Positions 55,501 to 64,000 of a stretch of 64,000 bases of DNA are shown here, in pieces; positions within the stretch are counted from its first letter, which is position 1; each line of letters opens with the position of its first letter. This DNA comes from Nymphaea colorata. Its lineage: Eukaryota. Below the pieces are notes generated by a model. The model searched no databases. It had not been told where the DNA came from and worked only from the letters and a program-made list of their open reading frames with translations. A program made the position numbers and the translations under genes. The stretch lies in assembly GCF_008831285.2 (NCBI RefSeq), contig NC_045138.2, positions 10,664,001 through 10,728,000 of the forward strand, written 5' to 3'.

Positions 55501-57820
55501 ACTTCTCAATCTCTACCTCCAAATTCTGCCTGTCCTCCAGCTTCTTTTGCATATCAAGAACCTTCCTGTGTGCTTCCTCTTTCTCTCTCAGCATCTCTGT
55601 CAGCATGCTAGAAATATAGAAATCTAACATAATAAGCTAACATGTACACAATTTAGAAGACAACTCATCCATTATGCACATATACAATACGAAGAAAGAC
55701 GGGTCGTAAAAACATGAAATTCACATACTCGTTAAGAAACAGCTAGGCATCACTAGACATTGGGGGAATGCAGTTATCATGCAGCCCTGCCCGATACAGG
55801 CCAGGCTCCGGGCCTGATGGGACGGCCCGTATAGGCCCGACCGGGTCCAATAACACTTAAATATTTTTATTATATTTTATATTTAAAAAATTATTTTAAG
55901 TTTGTAAAAAAGCTTATTTTATATTTATAAAAAAAATTATTGTAACCGAGCGAGGGCCGGTAAGATCCGGGTAAGAACCGAGTCCGAAACAGCCCGACCC
56001 AGTAAGAACCGGGGCCGGGCAGGCCCGACGTCCGAAAGTCAAGCCTAGGCTAGAGCCCGATACCCGAAACTCGGTCTAAGAATTGGCCCAGCCATGATCG
56101 GTTATAATAATTTTTTTTAAATATAAAATAAATTTTCTGCCCCAATCGGTAGTTGAGCATTGAATAATATAGGATAATGAAGAGAAGTGCAATGTATCAA
56201 AATATCTAAGCATAATAACAGTATGTGAAAGAAAAGGAGAACGATTCAAACGGCTAATATTTCTTTTCGGACCCTCTTTAATTCATCATTTCCAATCCGT
56301 TCTTTGGCTAAGAGGGTGGTATTCAGTTGATCTAAGTCATCCAGCTCAATTTCTTTTTCCTTTAGCATGGTTCTCATGGACTCCATTTTGTCTCTAATAT
56401 ACTCCATCATTTGTATTTTTCCTTCCAACTTCTCTATCTCTACCTCCAAATTCTGCTTGTCCTCTAGCTTCTTTTGCATATCAGGAACCTTCTTGTGTGC
56501 TTCCTCCTTCTCTTTTTGTACATTTAATAAGCATTATTTAGCACATACTCAATTTTTGCATGGCAAGCAATAATTTTTGTTGAACTAAACTACACATCGA
56601 AATTTTCAAAGAGAGAAGCTTTCATACACCTTTTGATCCTCATATAGCTTCATTAAATTCTCATCAGTTTTCTTTTGCTCCATACTTGCTGCTTGAAAAT
56701 TAGCATCTGTGGCAGCATACTACAAATATATAAATTTAACATAGTAAGCTAACATGTACACATTTTAGAAGACAGCTCATCCATTATGCACACATACAGT
56801 ACAAGAAAGACAGGTCATAAAAAGATGAAATTCAGATACTCGTTAAAAAACAAGTAGGCATCACTAGACAATGGGAAATGCAAGCATCATGCAGCCCTGC
56901 CCGATACAGGCCTGGGTCCGGGCCTGAGGGGGCCCTTCCCGGTCCAATAACACTTAAACATTTTTAATATATTTTATATTTAAAAAAATATTTTATGTTT
57001 ATAAAAAAGTTTATTTTATATTTATAAAAAAATTATCGTAACCAAGCGAGGCCCAGTAAGAGCCAGGTAAGAACCAAGTCCGGGCTGGCCCGACCCTGCT
57101 AGAATCGGGTCCGGGCTGGCCTGACGTTCGAAAGTCTGGTCCAGGCCCGAGCCCGATACCCAAAACCTAGGCCTGGGCTTGGCCCGGCCCTGATCGGTTA
57201 TAATAATTTATTTTAAATATAAAATAATTTTTCTACCCTAATCGGTAGTTGAACATAGAATAATATAGGATAATGAAGTGAAGTATGATGTATCAACATA
57301 TCTAAGCATAATAACAGTGTGTGAAAGAAACATAGAATGATCCACACGACTCTTATTTCTTTTCGGGCCAACTGTATTTTATCATTTGCAATCCGCTCTT
57401 TTGCTAGGAGGGTGGTCTTCAGTTGATCCAAGTCATCCAGCTAGGTTTTTTCTTTCGTTTAGCATGGTCCTCGAGGACTCTATTTAGTCTCTAATATGCT
57501 CCATCATTTGTATTTTTTTTCCTTTCAACTTCTCTCTCTCTACCACTAAATTATGTCTGTCCTCCAGCTTCTTTTGCATATCAAGAACCTTTTTGTGTGC
57601 TTCCTCTTTCTCTCTCTGTACATTTAATAAGCATTATTTAGCCCATACTCAAACTTTGTATGACAGGCAATAAATTTTGTTAAACTAAACTACACATCAA
57701 AAATTTTCAAAAAGAGAAGCTTTCATAGACCTTATGATCGTCATATAACTTCATTAAATTCTCATCAATCTTCTTCTGCTCCATACTAGCTGCTTGAAGA
57801 TTAGCATATGTGGCAGCATA
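52581..57820 (-). pseudogene. Repeated IDN2/FDM (XH/XS family) coiled-coil exons
   Basis: Exon A ANFQAASMEQKKTDENLMKLYEDQK; exon B REKEEAHKKVLDMQKKLEDKQNLEVEIEKLKGKIQMMEHI...LKEKEIELDDLDQLNTTLLAKERIANDEL..ARKEI (consensus across copies); resembles the pre-XH coiled-coil of IDN2/FDM proteins; copies carry frameshifts, stops or splice-site changes. Confidence 0.8.
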
Positions 57821-58166
57821 CTAGAAATATAGAATTTTGATATAGTAAGCTAACATGTACACATTTTAGAAGACAGCTCATCCATTATGCACATATACAA
57901 GAAAGACAGGTCATAAAAAATGAAATTCAGATACTCGTTAAAGAATGGCTAAGCATCACTAGACATTGGAAATGAATGCATCATGCAGCCCTGCGCGATA
58001 CAGGCCTGGGTCTGGGCCTGAGGGGCCATCCCGGATCGGCCCGATGAGGGCTCGACCCAGTCCAATAACACTTAAATATTTTTAATATATTTTATATTTA
58101 AAAAATTATTTTATGTTTATAAAAAAGCTTATTTTATATTTATAAAAAAAATTATCGTAACCGAGC
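52581..58166 (-). repeat. Tandem array of ~0.9-1.1 kb units (5 complete + 2 partial)
   Basis: Unit starts (gggaaatgcaggcatca-like) at 52666, 53734, 54841, 55762, 56873 and 57968. Confidence 0.95.
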
Positions 58167-59519
58167 TAATGTGTGCCTTGCATTTGCACCTTTGCGCATC
58201 GCGCGCTGCACGCCAAGATGAGGCCTGGGGGGCAGTTTTGGCTTGGCTGGGTGGGCATCAGTCCTGCCCACACCCCAAAGGGGTGTTTGAAGGGCTAGTG
58301 GTCAATCCCACTTAGTCGAAGCCTATCTTAAAAAAAATAAAATTAATTCAAAAATAGTTGAAATTCGCATGAAAATCATGTTAAATTAAAAAAAATCAAA
58401 TTTTGAGTTTTGACTTCAAAATTCTTTATAAATACTCCCACAATCCTTTCTACCGGGTATGAGTTAACCCTTGAGAAATTTTTAATGTTTTCTCACTTGA
58501 AGTTTTAGAGTTTTTCCTTAACTTTTTTTCTCTATTTTTCTTTTCTTCTCTTCTTCATTTTCTCCTAACTTGGAAGCAAGCTTTTCCAAGTTCAAACTCT
58601 TCAAGGAAGCACGAGGAGACCTCTTGGAAGGATATTTTCATCATTTTGGAGCTTCATCCTATGCGATCCTGAGATCACTCAAAGAAGAAAGCTCATTTCT
58701 AATATCATCTATTTTTTAGGTATGTGGTCCTCCATTTTATTTTCATTTCCTTTTGCCACCTCCCCTTGGTCGTGCTACAAAGTCTAAGGATTTCCTCTCT
58801 AGAGTCAAGAGCTACTCTTGAGGCAACGAGAGTATGAGTAAGGCGAAATAAATTTCATTTCTCATTTATTTTCAAAAATATGTTAGTTATATGTTTGAGA
58901 TGATGTTCATGTGTGATATACTAATTTTCTTAATTAATGAGAAAATACACGACGAGAATGAGTGTTTGGGTTGAGATATTTCTTCATTCTTGTGTTGATA
59001 TTTGATGTTGAGACTTGTTCAACCTAAGAAAGCCCTTAACGAATTTGTACATGTTAAAGTGCATTTTTATGTCATTCTCACGTTTAGTTTATCTCTTAAT
59101 CATCTGATTAGGAATCCAAATGGTGCTTTATTACGTGCTTGATTCTCTTTCATACCCAATGATGGAAGAAATAGACTTTCTTGTAGGAAACGAAACAAAT
59201 ATGAGTTTATGTTTATGTATAAAATATTTGAAATCATGTTTTTCAAAAGATTTTTAAAAGCAAATACGATCTTTAACGAGGTCTTGGAGATTTAGCATAG
59301 ACTCTTGCATGAGTCCAAGTTCCTCTCTGGCCTACATAGAAGAATTGAAGTCGGATATTTTAAAGTCATTTCTTGATTTCAACTCTCCTGAAAACATATA
59401 TGTATATACATGTTATATATGTACATATTAAGATGACTACCTCTCTTTGTCCTTCTTTTTTTATGATTTAATATATCCTTTTAAAAATTCTCATACACGT
59501 ACATATGAACATATATACA

Positions 59520-59578
<59 letters not shown>

Positions 59579-59686
59579 ATTTTCTCTAAAGTCTCTGTCT
59601 TTCTCTCTTTTTAAAAATCTTCTTCTCCCTCTCCATTTGATTTGATATTTCCTTTTCATAAAACTTTCATATACGCGTGTGTGTGT

Positions 59687-59723
<37 letters not shown>

Positions 59724-60585
59724 TTTTTAAAAAATCTTTTATTTTATGATTTTAGATTTTTTTTTCTCTTTTTCACTCTTTCTCTCTATGAAGCCTTTCA
59801 TCTTTTTCATTCTTCCAAATATTTTTCTCCCATGATTTGAAGTTTTAATTTCTTATTTGTCAGCTTCACCAAGACCAAAACTCAAGTAATGACCCAATAT
59901 TAGAATCATGCTTGATGGTCTACAACCCTATTCCATTTTCAAAAAATTCTCTCTTTTCATAATAATATTTATGATAACCTTATAAATAAAAACGAGAAAC
60001 TTAGATGAATGTGGTGGTAGGAATGCTTTTAGATGAATGTCATGGAAGGAATAAATGATTTTCATCTAATCATGTAGGATCAATGCATTCATACATTCAC
60101 TTTTACTTAACATCACAAATGATCTATAAAAGAACTTAAGCAAGATGAAATGGAGCTCTAACTAGATAGTAACCAAATAAGAGCAAAATCTCAAACCTAC
60201 TTAAAGTGTTAAGAGAACACTAAAGTGACTTCAAACAGTGATCTCCAAGGTTTTTCAAAAATTGTAAAGATTTCTCAATTCAAAATTTCTCAAACCAAAA
60301 TGTTTTACACTCTCAAATTGTTCTTCAAAACTTTTTTAAAATCTTGAAACATCAAATTTTCAACATTTTTCTCAAACACTACATCGCATTTAGAATGAAA
60401 AAGATGTTTAAATGAAAACAAAATGCATCAAGAATAAATGTAGTCCTTGGATTGATTACTCCCTGTAAAGGTGCCGGGAACGGTCAATCCTCATACCGAC
60501 AGGCGAGTCCCCTTCTCTCTTATTTAAAATAAAACCTTATTTTTTGAGAGCACTCCAAAAACCAAATATTTTGGGGATGCAAACA
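58167..60585 (+). mobile_element. 5'-truncated Gypsy-type LTR
   Basis: TATAAATA near 58427, homology to 1-1455, ends ...GCAAACA; no TSD found. Confidence 0.7.
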
Positions 60586-60587
60586 CA

Positions 60588-61215
60588 AACTGTGAAGCAA
60601 CTATAGATACATGGGTTGCTATATGTTTTGAGCCATCATGGATAAAACTTTCTATTTACTTTTACTTAATTTTCACCAAGATAATATGTTGAATTTTTTA
60701 TCAATTGGAGCTTCTTCTAGTCGATCAGTCAAACCTATTTTCAGATCTACACGGGGTACTTGGTGAAAACAAAAATTCATATAATATGTCTTGAACTTAA
60801 TGCAATTTCTGTCGCTCATATCATACATGCTTTTGCACTTAGCATATAGTTCAAGAAGGGTGCTCTCGATTTTCTCGTATAGAGTCAATGTATTAGGTAC
60901 ATTATTTTTCTCAGGAAAAACTTCACATAATACATTTTATACCTTGGATCTAAGACAATGTAATTGTAAACATGACATTTTATTATTTTCTCAATATTTG
61001 TCAAAATTTTCTTGCATTTTATGAGCTTATATCCTTACATATTCATTACCTACTACACGATACTCATGCAAATTTTTTTAATGCATTCACTTCTTACAAA
61101 ACTGAATTAGTTGCTGCATGCTTAGTGACAGAGAAAAGAATTGATTTATTGTAGAAAACTTTTAACAACTGACAAAAAAAAAAGATGCATAGCTCGGTTC
61201 ATCCTCAAAAGGCAA
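60588..61215 (-). pseudogene. hAT transposase C-terminal remnant (including part of the dimerisation domain)
   Basis: FSVTKHAATN, KMQENFDKY*, IVLDPRYKM, IESTLLELY, LEEAPIDKKFNILSW*K...VLSMMAQNI..THVSIVAS correspond to hAT FSGxKYPTAN, KFDKYW, LDPRYK, FDILxWWK and PVSTVAS motifs. Confidence 0.8.
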
Positions 61216-62898
61216 ACTTGTATGATAGTATTGATGGAATCGAAATGTAGAAAGACATTTTTGTAGAACAATACATTTTGGAACATTATAAATGCATAAT
61301 TTTATTGATAAGAACATCAAATGATAATTTCGTTACACCATTCAAACTCACTGTTAGTGTAGTTAAATACAATGAGATGAAACGAAGCATTGAGCCTATG
61401 AAGTGAGGCAAAATGACATGAAGCAAAGTGAAGTAGCTTCATGACCAAAATTTAAGTATATAATATCCATAAAATAATACCAAAAAAGAAAAGAACAACT
61501 AATGTGCAATAAGGACATAAAAAAGTATATTTTACAAATATTCATCATTGTTCATAGCTCATAAATAGTTCCTAAACAATTACCTACCACACTATACAAC
61601 AGCAAATCACATGAATTCAATCAGATGAATACACAGACAATCAAAAGTTAGTTACATTTAAAAACAAAAAAAGAGAACTATAAGGGCTACAACTTTTTTT
61701 ATAGTTGATTACTTGGATACACAATGGTACACCATGATAAAAATTAAAATTTGATCACAATAAGAAATGAAGTAAGCTCTATCAGAAGCAAGAATGCAAA
61801 AAAAAAAAAAAACTAATCTGTTTGACAATAGGCTAGCAAAAATTTTAAAAAAATGAAAGAGAGAGTGCCAAGAGCTGCTAGATAGCAGACCTTTGCAACA
61901 AAAAAAAAAAAGATGTTTTGGGGCAGGGGGTGGGGAGGACTACCAGCTGTCCTTATTTGCAATAGGTATGCCAAGGAATTGATGGCCGTTGAAGAGAAGA
62001 AGTTTGTAGAAGACTGGAGACAGTCACCAGCCTTCATCGGAAAGTGGAGGTGCTGACATGTTTTGAGGGAAGAGCTTAGCAGGACTTCTCCCATAAATTT
62101 TGAAGTGTCGCGAGAGGTTGTTTTTGATATTGTGCCTAAAGTCATGCTCCACACACCAGGTGTGCATTAGGACAGGGCCACTTCACCCAACTGCTTTGAG
62201 GCATTTTGTTGGGTGAAGCATGTGAGACACTCACTCCATGTAGTGAAATGTGCGCCCTTAACAACACTGCCATTGCTTTTGAACAATACATAGAAATATG
62301 CAATCAGTTTGGAAATTCCTTTACATAGTTAACACTTTCACAATTTTTTTAAATTGCATCATGCATATTCTACATTCTATCATAAACCATAAGATTTAAA
62401 ATATGTGAGCTGCAATGAATATGAAAGTGTTGCCCTCTCAACAGAATAAAATTTCTTTCTCCTTAATTCCTTTAGTTCACCTATTGCACTAACATTTGTC
62501 AAACGATTATCAGTAGTAACACAAAATAATTTTGATTGAATCTTCCATATAAAAGTACAATATGATAGTGTCTCATACAAACTATTTGCATTATGTAGTT
62601 GAGGTACATTTATAAAACTGAATGAGAATGCAACTTTCAATGATTATCAATATATTGTCTGGTCACAAATTTTTGAATTACATTTTCGCAGCCTTGTGTA
62701 TTGACATAGTATTTCTCTCTAGTGTTTTCCTCAAAATTGGTATAAACTTTGAATTACAAGATTGAAAAGCGATGATTATATATTTTTGTTGCACTAATCT
62801 AAATGAAAACTTATGTACTATTATTGTCTTAGTTATTAACTCTCTTGTATGAAGTTGCACTAGATTCATAAATTTAGGTGACAAAGTTTGTTGACCAC

Positions 62899-64000
62899 TG
62901 TAATCACCCCAAAATTTTCAATCTCTATTTAGCATTTTTCGAACATTTTATGATAACTTTATAACAACATTCAAGGATTTTCAGCTTCAAACACTTCAAT
63001 TTCTGTTAATTATGGTCAATTTCTTCTTTTATTTTACAATCAACAATATTTATAACTTATTTGGATTTATTTCAGAATTTGGACACAAAGGCCAATCTCA
63101 ATTTAGACTTATTATATATTTCAAACTGGGATCCGATTCAAAAATTCATATAGAAGCCTAAAACAAACCCTAGATCCGAATCCGGACCCAAAGGCCAGCC
63201 CTGGATCCGAATCCAGTTCCAAATACTAGCCCTAGATCCACAATAGATCCTTAAATCCAAATCACATACAAAATGGATCCATATCCAAATCCAAATTCTA
63301 AAACTAGATCTATAGTGGAACTTTAGATCTAGACCTTGATCCAAATCTCAATTTTAAACTCATTTGACCCCAATTTGTGCCTTCATATCAATTCGAACCC
63401 GATCTGAACCCAAAATCCAAAGTCTAGATCCATATCCTTATTCAGTTCCAAATTCTTGATTTGGAACTAAATTTAAATTTGAGATTCAGAACCAAATATG
63501 AGTTTTACATCAAAATTTAAGATCCAAATCCAAATATATTATTTTTTATCCATTCTAAGCTTTTGATCCAAATGCCATTCTAAATTTGAGAGGTAGATCC
63601 ATTTTTAGATCCGAATACAAGTCACTAATCATTCTGAATCCAAGTGTTGAGGCATGATGACCATTTTCCAAATACCAATAAATTTCTAATTTAAGATTCT
63701 CAAAATACCCTTGATTTTATGAAAATATCATTGAATTTCTCAAAATGCCCTTGATTTTCTTGAAATATCGTTTCATTTAAAAAAGACCTTACTTCTTCAC
63801 AAAAAGACCAAAATACCCTTTGTGGGGTCCACAGCCAACGTGGCAGGCTAACCAAGCCTGGTCTGGCCAATCCAGGCCCGAGCAGTCCTGGCTTGCGCGC
63901 CTTGGCACAACCTAGCATAGCTTGGCCTGGCGTAGCCCTAGCCTGCGGGCTTGCCTCGCATGGCGCAGCCCTGGCCTGCCCAGTGCGGCATGGCCCTGGC
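62899..64000 (+). mobile_element. 5' part of a Gypsy-type LTR running off the window
   Basis: Starts TGTAATCACCCCAAAATTTT; gatccaaat subrepeats, then a GC-rich tract. Confidence 0.6.

Noticed and set aside
52666..58166. CRISPR-like or satellite interpretation of the array
   Set aside because: Units are ~1 kb, fully homologous, contain spliceosomal introns and have no unique spacers
61813..62270. GC-richer exon-like island
   Set aside because: Stops in the plausible frames and no recognisable motif

Overview
AT-rich flowering-plant nuclear DNA, dominated by decayed transposable elements. I can support only one intact gene: a two-exon single-pass membrane protein (35568-36242 + 39848-39964, 263 aa, At4g13530/DUF6821-like) with an N-terminal WELL motif that could bind ATG8. 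The most unusual structure is a ~5.6 kb tandem array (52581-58166) of five complete and two partial ~0.9-1.1 kb units. Each unit carries exons for the coiled-coil of an IDN2/FDM-type RNA-directed DNA methylation (RdDM) protein plus a hAT-MITE-like segment. On its right the array runs through a truncated LTR into a hAT transposase remnant. The rest of the window includes a probable Pack-CACTA with captured receptor-kinase and MAP65 exons, two deleted Ty1/copia elements, L1-type LINE remnants, Gypsy-type LTR pieces (one family present at both ends of the window), many MITEs, and mini- and microsatellites. All protein assignments come from manual motif recognition; no searches were run.
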